DNA of 63,717 nt, counting the filler, from Nitrospirae bacterium CG2_30_53_67 (GTDB lineage: Bacteria > CG2-30-53-67): assembly GCA_001873285.1 (NCBI GenBank). It is 6 parts of 6 records of this genome, joined end to end, with 100 filler letters (N's around TTAATTAATTAA, not from the genome) between each part and the next. Parts side by side here need not be neighbours in the genome. Positions count along the whole stretch, not along the records: positions 9,589 to 21,118 come from MNYV01000110.1; positions 21,219 to 30,262 come from MNYV01000010.1; 4 more parts are not named here. One strand, 5' to 3'. Positions 20,803 to 29,567 of this stretch are shown one piece after another. How positions within the stretch are numbered: position 1 is the first letter of the stretch; each line of letters opens with the position of its first letter. The position numbers and the translations under genes are program-made. The notes under the pieces are model-generated. The model had not been told where the DNA came from. It saw only the letters and a list, made by a program, of their open reading frames with translations, and ran no database searches.

Positions 20803-21118
20803 TCAAGAGACAAGCTCAGTCTTGTTTTCAAGATACCACTCCACAAACCTGCTGATCCCCTCTTCAATCTTCACCTTGGGATCATAACCGAGCAGTTCCC
20901 TGGCCCGGGTGATATCCGCAAATGTGACGGGGACATCGCCGGGTTGATCCGGCATATTCCGGATGACTGCATCCCTGCCGAGGTTCTTTTCAATCAATGC
21001 GATGAGATCTCTCAGTGTAATGACAGACTCCTCGCCGAGGTTGATCACGGCATATCCGAGGGGGCGGTCCAGAGCAAGAAGAATGCCGTCCGCCAGATCA
21101 TCAATATATGTGTAATCC
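20803..21118 (-). CDS. NAD-dependent epimerase (UDP-glucuronate 4-epimerase-like), C-terminal part
   Basis: DYTYIDD...INLG...QPGDVPVTFADITRARELLGY; truncated by the gap. Confidence 0.8.
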
Positions 21119-21218
21119 NNNNNNNNNNNNNNNNNNNNNNNNNNNNNNNNNNNNNNNNNNNNTTAATTAATTAANNNNNNNNNNNNNNNNNNNNNNNNNN
21201 NNNNNNNNNNNNNNNNNN

Positions 21219-21373
21219 AGTGAAGTGCTAAAGACATAAGGGGCCGAGGGTCATAGGGTTCAAGGATTCCAGTGTTTTTCTCTGGAGATTTTGCTTGCGT
21301 TTAAGTATTTCACTTGACCCCTTGAACCCTGGAATCCTCGAACCCTTTTTACCCACTAAATGGGAGAAGAACC
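21219..21373. mobile_element. MITE-like repeat, copy B (cut by contig edge)
   Basis: Reverse-orientation core ggagattttgcttgcgtttaagtatttcac and end acccactaaatgggagaagaacc. Confidence 0.8.
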
Positions 21374-21395
21374 AGAAAAGAAGAGAAGTGAAGTG

Positions 21396-21779
21396 ATGGA
21401 AGCTTTATTATTAATCGGTCATGGAAGCCGGGCCGAGCAGGCCAATGAGGGGATGTTCCGGATCGCAGGGATGATCCGGAAGGCGGGTGGTTTCACCATT
21501 GTGGAGTGCGGCTTTCTTCAGCTCTGCCCTCCGACCATCGAAGATGCGGTGGAGCGCTGTATTGCTCAGGGTGCGGAAAGGGTCTTGATGGTCCCCTATT
21601 TTCTGCATACCGGAATTCACATCCGGGAGGATCTCCCGAGTGTGTTCGTGGAGTTGAAAAAACGGTTTCCGCATGTGGAGATGGCCATGGGCACGGAACT
21701 GGGGAACGACCCCCTGCTCGCCCAAGTGGTCATGAACCGGGTGGAAGAGATGCGAAACAGTCCATCCAAGGAGCAGTGA
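21396..21779 (+). CDS. cbiX: Sirohydrochlorin cobaltochelatase, short CbiX type
   Basis: LLIGHGSR, VPYFLHTGIHIREDLP; upstream of cbiC. Confidence 0.85.
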   Translation: MEALLLIGHGSRAEQANEGMFRIAGMIRKAGGFTIVECGFLQLCPPTIEDAVERCIAQGAERVLMVPYFLHTGIHIREDLPSVFVELKKRFPHVEMAMGTELGNDPLLAQVVMNRVEEMRNSPSKEQ

Positions 21780-22415
21780 ATGCAGATCAGGAGAGAAGGG
21801 CCTGCCATAGAGGCGGAGAGCTTCCGGATTATTGAACAGAAAATGGGTGAACATGGGTTCAGCCCCCTCGAGTTCCCTCTGGTCCGCCGGGTGGTCCATG
21901 CTACAGCGGATTTCGAGATCGGGTGTTCTTTGGTCTTTTCCGCAGGAGCGGTGCAGGCAGGGATGCAGTTGATCCGACGCGGGTGTCCGATCCTAACCGA
22001 TATCCGCATGGTGGCCTCGGGAATCTCCAGGGCGGCCCTGAAGAAGGCCGGCGGCGGGGAGGTCCTTTGCAGAATCGCCGACCCGGACGTCAGTGCCCAG
22101 TCCCAAGCCTCTGGAATGACCCGGTCCGCGGCCGCTGTCCGCTCCTTCGGTTCCCTTCTTACGGAGTCGATCCTGGTCATCGGGAATGCACCTACGGCGC
22201 TCCGGGAGGTCCTCCGCCTCAATCAGGAGGAAGGGATTGCTCCCGCGTTTCTGATCGCCGTCCCGGTCGGGTTTGTGGACGCTGCCGAATCCAAAGAGGC
22301 CCTGATGCAGACGGACCTTGCTTACATCACAAACCGCGGGAGAAAGGGCGGGACCCCTGTGGCCGTGGCCCTTGTGAACGCGTTATTAAAAATGGCGGAA
22401 GGGGGTGATACATGA
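21780..22415 (+). CDS. cbiC: Precorrin-8X/cobalt-precorrin-8 methylmutase
   Basis: IEAESFRII, RRVVHATADF, IGNAPTAL, PVGFVDAAESK, GRKGG. Confidence 0.95.
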   Translation: MQIRREGPAIEAESFRIIEQKMGEHGFSPLEFPLVRRVVHATADFEIGCSLVFSAGAVQAGMQLIRRGCPILTDIRMVASGISRAALKKAGGGEVLCRIADPDVSAQSQASGMTRSAAAVRSFGSLLTESILVIGNAPTALREVLRLNQEEGIAPAFLIAVPVGFVDAAESKEALMQTDLAYITNRGRKGGTPVAVALVNALLKMAEGGDT

Positions 22416-22429
22416 ACAGATAGATTGAA

Positions 22430-22600
22430 TCAGGCATAAGGTGTAAAGAATCAGGGAATGAAGAAGCGGAAAGAGGTGAAAATCCTCTGCTGTCACGCAG
22501 CCGTGAAGGGAACGAAAACCCAACTATAGCCACTGTCCTGAGCTTGTCGAAGGATGGGAAGGCGGGTGAGTAGGCAGCCCTGAGCCGGAAGACCTCTCAT
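22430..22600 (+). ncRNA. Cobalamin riboswitch
   Basis: aggtgaaaatcct...ctgtcacgcagccgtga...gccactg...gggaaggc...gagccggaagacct in canonical order, upstream of cobalt transport genes; boundaries approximate. Confidence 0.88.
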
Positions 22601-22629
22601 TCCCACAACCTCGATGGAAGGAGAAAAAT

Positions 22630-23388
22630 ATGTGTTTTAAGAGAACTGTTGCAATAATGGTTATATTTCTCTGGTCAGAGACAGCTTTTGCATCTCATCC
22701 GCTCATTACGGACGACACAGACACACAGGGAAAAGGAAAATTTCAACTCGAAGTCAATGGCGAGTATGCCCATGAAGACGAAGACGGCGTAACTGAGAAC
22801 GCCACCGAGATAGCGACAATGCTGTCTTATGGAATAGCAGACAACATAGACATTGTTTTGGGCATTCCCTACCAGGATATGAGGACAAAGGATCCGGGAA
22901 CTACGTCCGGAGAAAGCGGGATCGCGGATACCTCCCTTGAATTCAAGTGGCGATTCTACGAAAAGGATGGTCTGGGTTTTGCCTTGAAACCCGGCATGAC
23001 CATGCCAACGGGCGATGATGGAAAAGGTCTGGGTGCCGGAAAGGCAACGTATAGTTTGTTTTTCATTACCACACGGGAACTAAATCCATGGGCATTCCAC
23101 CTCAATCTCGGATACAGAAGAAATGAAAACAAGGTTGATGAACGAAATGACATATGGCATACATCTCTTGCCGCTGAAGTGGAGGTTATGAAGGATCTAA
23201 AGGTTGTTGGAAATATCGGGATAGAGAGAAATCCCGATAAGACATCCAATACACACCCTGCATTTATACTCGGCGGGCTGATCTATTCGATATCTAAAAG
23301 CATTGCCATTGATGCTGGTGTAAAGGGCGGGCTTAACAAGCCGGATACGGATCTAACCCTGCTTGCAGGAATAACCTTTAGATTTTAG
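22630..23388 (+). CDS. Putative outer-membrane beta-barrel transporter
   Basis: Signal peptide (AFA/SHPLITDD), alternating beta-strand pattern, C-terminal ...GITFRF. Confidence 0.7.
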   Translation: MCFKRTVAIMVIFLWSETAFASHPLITDDTDTQGKGKFQLEVNGEYAHEDEDGVTENATEIATMLSYGIADNIDIVLGIPYQDMRTKDPGTTSGESGIADTSLEFKWRFYEKDGLGFALKPGMTMPTGDDGKGLGAGKATYSLFFITTRELNPWAFHLNLGYRRNENKVDERNDIWHTSLAAEVEVMKDLKVVGNIGIERNPDKTSNTHPAFILGGLIYSISKSIAIDAGVKGGLNKPDTDLTLLAGITFRF

Positions 23389-23396
23389 GAGGCGCT

Positions 23397-24161
23397 ATGA
23401 AAATTAAAAGTTTAAAGTTAAAAGTTTTTATTCTTTCACTGTTCACTGTTCACTGTTCACTATTCACTGCCTCTGATGCTCATGCCATGCATATCTCAGA
23501 AGGGATATTGCCTTTCAACTGGGCATTGCTCTGGTCTCTGGTTGCAGTCCCTTTTGTGGCGTGGGGCTTGTATAAGCTCAAGAAACTATCGTCAATTGAC
23601 CTCTCATTCAAGCCTCTCGTCGGGTTAATGGCGGCTGTTGTATTCATCATTTCGTGCATGCCGATACCTGTGCCCACTGCAGGCACATGTTCCCATCCAT
23701 GCGGAACCGGGATCTCAGCGATCCTCCTTGGCCCTGCAATAAGCGTACTTATTTCATCAGTTGCCCTATTGATTCAGGCCCTATTTCTTGCCCACGGGGG
23801 TCTGACCACATGGGGCGCTAATATCGTGTCCATGGGCATCATGGGTTCCTTTGCAGGATATCTGACCTTCAGAGGATTGAGAGCGTTAAAAGCTAATCTT
23901 TGGATTGCAGGCTTCATGGCTGGTCTCTTTGCAGACTGGGCAACATATTTGACTACATCCGTTGAGCTCGCATCAGGCATAAAAGGAGATTCGCAGTTTC
24001 TGCCGCTTTTCTGGAAGATTCTTATTGCCTTTATCCCGACACAACTTCCATTGGGAATCCTTGAAGGGGCAATGACTGCAGGCATGGTGGTATTGCTTTA
24101 TAAAAAGAGGCCTGATTTGCTCGTAAAAATGAAGGTATTAAAACCAGAGGAGGCATTATGA
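23397..24161 (+). CDS. cbiM: ECF cobalt transporter substrate component
   Basis: Signal peptide then MHISEG; GTCSHPCG, LLIQALFLAHGGLTTWGAN, TQLPLGILEG. Confidence 0.93.
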   Translation: MKIKSLKLKVFILSLFTVHCSLFTASDAHAMHISEGILPFNWALLWSLVAVPFVAWGLYKLKKLSSIDLSFKPLVGLMAAVVFIISCMPIPVPTAGTCSHPCGTGISAILLGPAISVLISSVALLIQALFLAHGGLTTWGANIVSMGIMGSFAGYLTFRGLRALKANLWIAGFMAGLFADWATYLTTSVELASGIKGDSQFLPLFWKILIAFIPTQLPLGILEGAMTAGMVVLLYKKRPDLLVKMKVLKPEEAL

Positions 24162-24460
24162 AATTTCAAATTTCAAATTTCAAATTTCAAATTTTCTCCA
24201 TCATTTTTTTACTGTTTACTATTCACGGTTCACTATTCACTGACACTGTCACTGCCTCTGACAAATGGCCGGGCGTTGATGAGTCCGTCGTCGAAAAATA
24301 TGCAAAGGAGCAAGGCAGGGAGGCAAGGGAACCGTTCATAAATACGGATCAGGGCGACTTGCTTCTTTTTGTCTTTCTCCTCGCAGGCACAATCGGAGGC
24401 TTTACTGCAGGATATTACTGGAAGGAACTGGCAGTCAAAGGACAGCGGCATGATAGTTGA
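24158..24460 (+). CDS. CbiN-like small membrane component of the cobalt ECF transporter
   Basis: WPGVDESVVEKYA...DQGDLLLFVFLLAG..GGF..GY; lies between cbiM and cbiQ. Confidence 0.7.
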   Translation: MKFQISNFKFQIFSIIFLLFTIHGSLFTDTVTASDKWPGVDESVVEKYAKEQGREAREPFINTDQGDLLLFVFLLAGTIGGFTAGYYWKELAVKGQRHDS

Positions 24461-24494
24461 GAAAAAAAAGATTTTGAAGAGTTAAAGTTTAGTC

Positions 24495-24564
24495 TGTCAT
24501 TCCTGCGGAAGCAGGAATCCATGTTCATTAAATAGTCTGGATTTCCGCCTACGCGGGAATGACA
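24495..24564. repeat. REP-like double palindrome (related elements at ~17060-17130 and 32606-32636)
   Basis: tgtcattcctgcggaagcaggaatcc...ctggatttccgcctacgcgggaatgaca. Confidence 0.7.
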
Positions 24565-24577
24565 TAAAAGGATACCA

Positions 24578-25330
24578 ATGGAACTATTTTCAGAATACTT
24601 TAAAAAAGAGCAGCTCCTTTCAAAAGTTGATGCAAGGCTGAAACTTATTATAGCCCTCACTCTTCTGGGAATGATTTTAAGCTATAAGGGATTTACTCTT
24701 CCCCTGCTTGTGACAGCGCTTTGTTTATTGTTCTGTTTAAAGATGCGGATACCCTTAAAGATTTTTGCTCTCAGGTTTTCACAGCCATTGTTCATTATAT
24801 CGGTCTTGCTTATTCTAAAAGTATTCTTCTCTGGAGAAGGCATCCTGTTTTCCATCAACATCTTCGGCATCAAAGTTGTCGGACATAAAGACGGGTTCAT
24901 GGAAGGACTTATGATAGGAAGCAGAATCATAGGCGCAGTATCAGTCGTTGCAGTCATGGGATTCTCCACGCCGTTTACTGAATTCATGGCAGGCCTTTCA
25001 TGGCTGAGGGTTCCAAAGGGTTTTATAGAAATATTGATGTTTGCCTACAGATATATCTTTGTGCTTCTTGAAGATGCGATGGTCATTTACAATGCGCAGA
25101 AAAACCGCCTCGGCTACTCAAACATAAGGCGGGGATTGAGTTCATTCGGCACTCTGTCAGGCTCTTTGATTCTTAAGGCATTTGATCACAGCCGGAATAT
25201 TACTGTATCAATGATTCAAAGGGGCTATGACGGCAATATCCCCATGTTAAGACACAAGCCATTTAAGTCTTCTGAGATTATAGTTTCACTTCTATTTATC
25301 ATTGCCATGGGGGTTGTATGGAAGATTTAA
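24578..25330 (+). CDS. cbiQ: ECF cobalt transporter T component
   Basis: VDARLKL, FAYRYIFVL, AQKNRLGY, MIQRGYDG. Confidence 0.9.
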   Translation: MELFSEYFKKEQLLSKVDARLKLIIALTLLGMILSYKGFTLPLLVTALCLLFCLKMRIPLKIFALRFSQPLFIISVLLILKVFFSGEGILFSINIFGIKVVGHKDGFMEGLMIGSRIIGAVSVVAVMGFSTPFTEFMAGLSWLRVPKGFIEILMFAYRYIFVLLEDAMVIYNAQKNRLGYSNIRRGLSSFGTLSGSLILKAFDHSRNITVSMIQRGYDGNIPMLRHKPFKSSEIIVSLLFIIAMGVVWKI

Positions 25331-26289
25331 TCAGAATACAGAATGCAGAGCATATCCCCCCCGCCCATCCCTCCCCCTCGATGGGGGATGGTAAGGGAGA
25401 GGGTGAAAATTCGGATCCCGGACTCTGTGCTCTGGGTTCTGAGATAAGACTATCAGTCAAGATAGATTCCTTTAAATATCCGGATGGGACCGCAGCACTG
25501 TCCGATATAAGCTTTGAGACAAGAAGAGGCGAATTTATTGGAATACTGGGGGCAAATGGCTCAGGAAAGACGACCCTCTTAAAGATCATGGATGGGTTGA
25601 TGAAAGACTTTGAAGGCGGCGTCCACCTTGATGGTGTTAACATCAGGAAACTCTCTCCAAAGGAGATATATAAAAAGGTTGGTCTTGTCTTTCAAAACCC
25701 TGATGACCAGCTCTTTGCAACAACCCTTTTTGAGGATGCTGCCTTTGGTCCTATAAATATGGGGATCGGCACTAAAGAGGTTGAAATACGGGTCTTAACT
25801 GCCTTACAAGAGGTTGAACTTCAAGGGCTTGAAAAGAAATCCATCCATAACCTAAGCTTTGGGCAGAGGAAAAGGGCCTGCATCGCCGGGCTCCTTGCCA
25901 TGGGTCATGAAATTTTATTGCTCGATGAGCCGACTGCCGGGCTTGACCCCATGGGTGAATATAAGATGATGCGTCTTCTTAGAAAGCTTAATAAGGATAA
26001 TGGCGTAACGATCGTCATGGCCACCCACAGCGTTGACCTCGTCCCCTTGTTTCTTGACAGGCTGTATATTTTAAGCAAAGGTTATCTGGTAAGGGGCGGC
26101 ACTCCTGAAGATGTATTCACAGCGCCTGAGGAGATGTCAAATGTCAAGCTCAGGCTTCCTCAAATCGCCGAGCTGATTTACCGTCTCAAACATGAGGACA
26201 GTTTACCGTTTGAGAAAATCCCGCTCACCATCGGCGAGGCTCGAAGGGAGATCATAAAGATCATGCAGAATTCAAGATCCATGGTTTAA
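25318..26289 (+). CDS. cbiO: ECF cobalt transporter ATPase
   Basis: GANGSGKT, FQNPDDQLF, LSFGQ, LLDEPT. Confidence 0.9.
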   Translation: MEDLIRIQNAEHIPPAHPSPSMGDGKGEGENSDPGLCALGSEIRLSVKIDSFKYPDGTAALSDISFETRRGEFIGILGANGSGKTTLLKIMDGLMKDFEGGVHLDGVNIRKLSPKEIYKKVGLVFQNPDDQLFATTLFEDAAFGPINMGIGTKEVEIRVLTALQEVELQGLEKKSIHNLSFGQRKRACIAGLLAMGHEILLLDEPTAGLDPMGEYKMMRLLRKLNKDNGVTIVMATHSVDLVPLFLDRLYILSKGYLVRGGTPEDVFTAPEEMSNVKLRLPQIAELIYRLKHEDSLPFEKIPLTIGEARREIIKIMQNSRSMV

Positions 26290-26295
26290 ATTTTG

Positions 26296-26608
26296 GGATC
26301 ATCTCTAAAAGAGTGGGTGAAAACATCAGGGGTCAAGGGGTCCAGGATTCCAGGGGTCAAGTGAAGTGCTAAGAACATAAGGGGCCGAGGGTTATAGGGT
26401 TCCAGTGTTTTTCTCCGGAGATTTTGCTTGCGTTTCAGTATTTCACTTGAACCCTTGACCCCAAGATACGTTAGTGTAGTAGCCGTCGCAGACGGTCCCG
26501 GCCCGGCAAAAATAGATTCAAGGAGATGCCGGGATCTAACGACAAAAATAGAGAAAAGCGGGGCACGCGAAGCGTAACCCTTCTTACCCACTATGTGGGA
26601 GAAGAACC
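26296..26608. mobile_element. MITE-like repeat, copy C (nested insert at ~26460-26580)
   Basis: ggatcatctctaaaagagtgggt ... acccactatgtgggagaagaacc. Confidence 0.8.
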
Positions 26609-26636
26609 TATTTTACAAGAAAGGAGGTGAAAAGAT

Positions 26637-26789
26637 ATGACTAAAAAGACCAAAGCCGAGAATAAAAAAACCCGGAACAGCAAAAAGCCAAGCGCTGTCT
26701 CTTATCACCTGAAGTGCGCCAAGACAGCCAATGGGCTCACTCATTTTGTTATGTACGGCGATGTGCCGAAAAAGAAGATGCCTCTGTAG
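26637..26789 (+). CDS. 50-aa putative RiPP precursor peptide (CbpA-like)
   Basis: Strong RBS aaggaggtg; MTKKTKAENKKTRNSKKPSAVSYHLKCAKTANGLTHFVMYGDVPKKKMPL; upstream of a SPASM radical SAM gene; not in ORF track. Confidence 0.82.
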   Translation: MTKKTKAENKKTRNSKKPSAVSYHLKCAKTANGLTHFVMYGDVPKKKMPL

Positions 26790-26800
26790 AAAAAGTTTAA

Positions 26801-26832
26801 GCGGTTCAAGCGGGTTAAACCGCTTGAACCGC
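26801..26832 (+). promoter_or_regulatory. Perfect 13-bp stem-loop after the peptide gene (mRNA stabiliser or partial terminator)
   Basis: gcggttcaagcgg-gttaaa-ccgcttgaaccgc. Confidence 0.6.
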
Positions 26833-27029
26833 CAAAGTTGATATTAAGGTTCTCGTAATAGAAACGACATCATATCGAAAATCCCTCCTGACCTCCCTTT
26901 TTCAAAGGGAGGAATTCCCCCTCTTTGGAAAAGAGGGGCAAGGGGAGATTTTATGAACCATGTTCATTCTATTTCGAGACTATTAATAAGTTGCCTGAAC
27001 TATTTATTATAGGAAAGGAATTCAAACGC

Positions 27030-28367
27030 ATGAACAACAACAACCGCGTCATCTCTTTTTCCGACATTGATGCTGACTGGAAGCTGGCCCTTGATGCCGA
27101 CAATGTCTTCTGGGGGGTTATTCCGAAAAAGGTTGACGGCGCCTTTATGATGCCTGATGACCTGATAACTCTGTATCAGAAGGAGAGAGAGCATCTTGAC
27201 AAGGAGCTTTATGATTTCAGATTCAATGCGGATTTAAATTGCATATACATTGACCCTACCGACAGATGCAATGCCGACTGCCCTTACTGTTACATCCCGT
27301 CAAGGATAAGAAAAAAGGGCACACAGATGACAGGTGGAGAGCTTGATACCGTGTTGACAAAGATTGCCGCGCATTTCAAGACTTCATCCAAAAAACCGGT
27401 CATTGTCTTCCATGCTGCAGAACCGCTTCTGGTAAAAGGCATCCTGTTTAATGCAATAGACAGGTTCCACAAAGAACTTCTTTTCGGCATTCAGACCAAT
27501 GCTCTCCTTCTTGAAAAAGAGGATGTTGAGTTTATGAAAAAACACAGAATGGGCGTCGGCATATCCCTTGACGCCCCTGAAGCGGATATCAATAACGTTT
27601 CACGGGCAACGACAAGAGGAAACGGCAACTTTGAGAAAGCAGTGCAGGCCATAGACTGGTTTGACGGTTATGAGGGATTGAATGTCATTTCAACCGTCAC
27701 TAAATTCAATGTTCATAGACTTTCCGACCACGTGAGGTTTCTTCACAAGAAAAAGGTCCCCTGTGTGCTTCTCAATCCGGTAAGAGTGACAAGGAAGCCC
27801 GCATTGAAACTGAAACCGGACCAAAAGGTATTCGCGGAAAATCTCATGGACGCTGTTGATACGGCAATGGATTTATCAATAAAATCCGGACGGCAGATTG
27901 TTGTGGGGAACTTTTCCAACGTTATTCTCGCCATCATATCGCCGTCTGCCAGACGGATGATGTGTGATATTTCTCCATGCGGAGGCGGCCGTACCTTTCT
28001 CACGATCACGGCCGGCGGCGACATGGTCCCCTGCGGAGAATTTATCGGTTCCAAGGAATTTTCAGGCGGGAATATCTTTAATACGACGATTTCAAAGGCC
28101 ATAAACTCAAAACCTTTTAAGGAAATACGTTCAAGGACCGTGGAAAAGATTGAAGAATGTAATACCTGCGACTTCAGACATATATGCGGCTCGCCCTGCC
28201 CGGCTGAAATGCACGCCCGCGGCAATATGTACAAAAAGGCGGAGTTTTGTGATTTTTATAAAGAGATCATAAGGCATGCCTTTAAATTGATTGCTGAAGA
28301 CAAAGTTGAATATCTCCTGCGTAAAGATTCATTGGCACATATGCAATATGAGTATCAGTATAAATGA
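27030..28367 (+). CDS. Radical SAM/SPASM peptide-modifying enzyme (CbpB-like)
   Basis: CNADCPYC (CxxxCxxC); SPASM-type CDISPCGGG...PCGEF...CNTCDFRHICGSPCPAE...C; start set at MNNNNR after aggaaagg. Confidence 0.85.
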   Translation: MNNNNRVISFSDIDADWKLALDADNVFWGVIPKKVDGAFMMPDDLITLYQKEREHLDKELYDFRFNADLNCIYIDPTDRCNADCPYCYIPSRIRKKGTQMTGGELDTVLTKIAAHFKTSSKKPVIVFHAAEPLLVKGILFNAIDRFHKELLFGIQTNALLLEKEDVEFMKKHRMGVGISLDAPEADINNVSRATTRGNGNFEKAVQAIDWFDGYEGLNVISTVTKFNVHRLSDHVRFLHKKKVPCVLLNPVRVTRKPALKLKPDQKVFAENLMDAVDTAMDLSIKSGRQIVVGNFSNVILAIISPSARRMMCDISPCGGGRTFLTITAGGDMVPCGEFIGSKEFSGGNIFNTTISKAINSKPFKEIRSRTVEKIEECNTCDFRHICGSPCPAEMHARGNMYKKAEFCDFYKEIIRHAFKLIAEDKVEYLLRKDSLAHMQYEYQYK

Positions 28368-29488
28368 AAAATGATGAAGTCTCGGACAGGCCGCTCCGCA
28401 AAGGATACACCACAGGCGCCTGTGCCGCGGCCGCGGCCAAGAGCGCGGCACTGGTCCTGGTGACCGGGGTACCGGTCTACCGGATAGAGATTGATCTCCC
28501 CGCGGGAGGGTCGGTCGTGCTTCCGGTTAAGACCCTAAGGTGCGATGACCTGACGGCCTCCTGTTCCGTGGTCAAGGATGCGGGGGACGATCCGGACGTG
28601 ACCCACGGTGCGGAGATCATGGCCAGGGTCCGCAAAGCACCGGGCGAAGCGGATCAGAAAGGATATGAACTCACGATAGCGGGAGGTGAAGGGGTCGGCC
28701 GGGTGACCAAGCCGGGTCTCCCCATTGCGGTCGGGGAGTGGGCCATCAATCCGGTGCCCAGGTCCATGATTGCAAATGAAGTGACCCAGGTCTTGAGGCA
28801 CTTCTCAAAGAAGTGCCAGGGCGTCCGGTTTGAAGTGACCATTGAGGTGCCGGAAGGCAAAAACCTTGCTGAAAAGACCCTGAACCCCCGGCTGGGGATT
28901 CTGGGCGGGATCTCGATTCTGGGGACCACGGGGATCGTGGAGCCCCTCTCCCACAAGGCATGGGAAGAGACCATTGCCGCGCAGATCCAAGTGGCCGTGG
29001 CCTGCGGGAATCAAGCGGTGGTCCTGACTCCGGGCCGGTCCAGCGAGAAGGCGGCCGAGGCGCTCCTGCCGGGCCTTCCCTCGGAGGTCTTTGTACAGAT
29101 GGGGGACTTTGTGGGCGCATCTCTTCGGCTGTGTTCAGACCAGGGAGTTTCCGAGGTGACCGTGGTGGCCATGCCCGGCAAGATGTCCAAGATCGCCATG
29201 GGGTATGAGGACACGCATTACAAGGCCTCGGAATTGAGATTTGACGTTCTGGGTTCCTGGGCCGTGGGCCTCGGGATGGACGAAGGTTCTGTGCAGAGGG
29301 TCATTCATGCCAACACCAGCCGGGAGATCTGGGAAATCCTGCCTGAAGATTCACCTCTGTATAATGAGATCTGCCGTCGGGCCAGGGAGAGCTGTGAATC
29401 CCTCTCGAGCGGCAAGGTCAGGGTAAAGACCGTGCTGATCGGATACGACGGGAAGGTGCTGGCGGACACGATGGGATTTGAGATTTGA
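28364..29488 (+). CDS. cbiD: Cobalt-precorrin-5B C1-methyltransferase
   Basis: LRKGYTTGACAAAA, KDAGDDPDVTHG, NPRLGILGGISILGTTGIV. Confidence 0.96.
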   Translation: MKNDEVSDRPLRKGYTTGACAAAAAKSAALVLVTGVPVYRIEIDLPAGGSVVLPVKTLRCDDLTASCSVVKDAGDDPDVTHGAEIMARVRKAPGEADQKGYELTIAGGEGVGRVTKPGLPIAVGEWAINPVPRSMIANEVTQVLRHFSKKCQGVRFEVTIEVPEGKNLAEKTLNPRLGILGGISILGTTGIVEPLSHKAWEETIAAQIQVAVACGNQAVVLTPGRSSEKAAEALLPGLPSEVFVQMGDFVGASLRLCSDQGVSEVTVVAMPGKMSKIAMGYEDTHYKASELRFDVLGSWAVGLGMDEGSVQRVIHANTSREIWEILPEDSPLYNEICRRARESCESLSSGKVRVKTVLIGYDGKVLADTMGFEI

Positions 29489-29549
29489 AATTTTAAATTT
29501 GAGATAAGGGATTTGTGATGTCAAATTTCAAATCTTAAATTTCAAATCG
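29472..29549. repeat. Inverted heptamer arrays (gatttga/aaatttc type)
   Basis: gatttgagatttgaaattttaaatttgagat ... tcaaatttcaaatcttaaatttcaaatc. Confidence 0.7.
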
Positions 29550-29567
29550 CCCAAAGAGCGGAGCAAA

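Noticed and set aside
26286..26591. ORFs 26286-26591, 50435-50662, 50440-50724 and 53375-53623
   Set aside because: They lie within MITE copies and lack an RBS; not called as genes
26925..27029. N-terminal extension of the radical SAM ORF in the track
   Set aside because: It starts inside a palindromic repeat (cccctctttggaaaagagggg); a better RBS precedes ATG 27030
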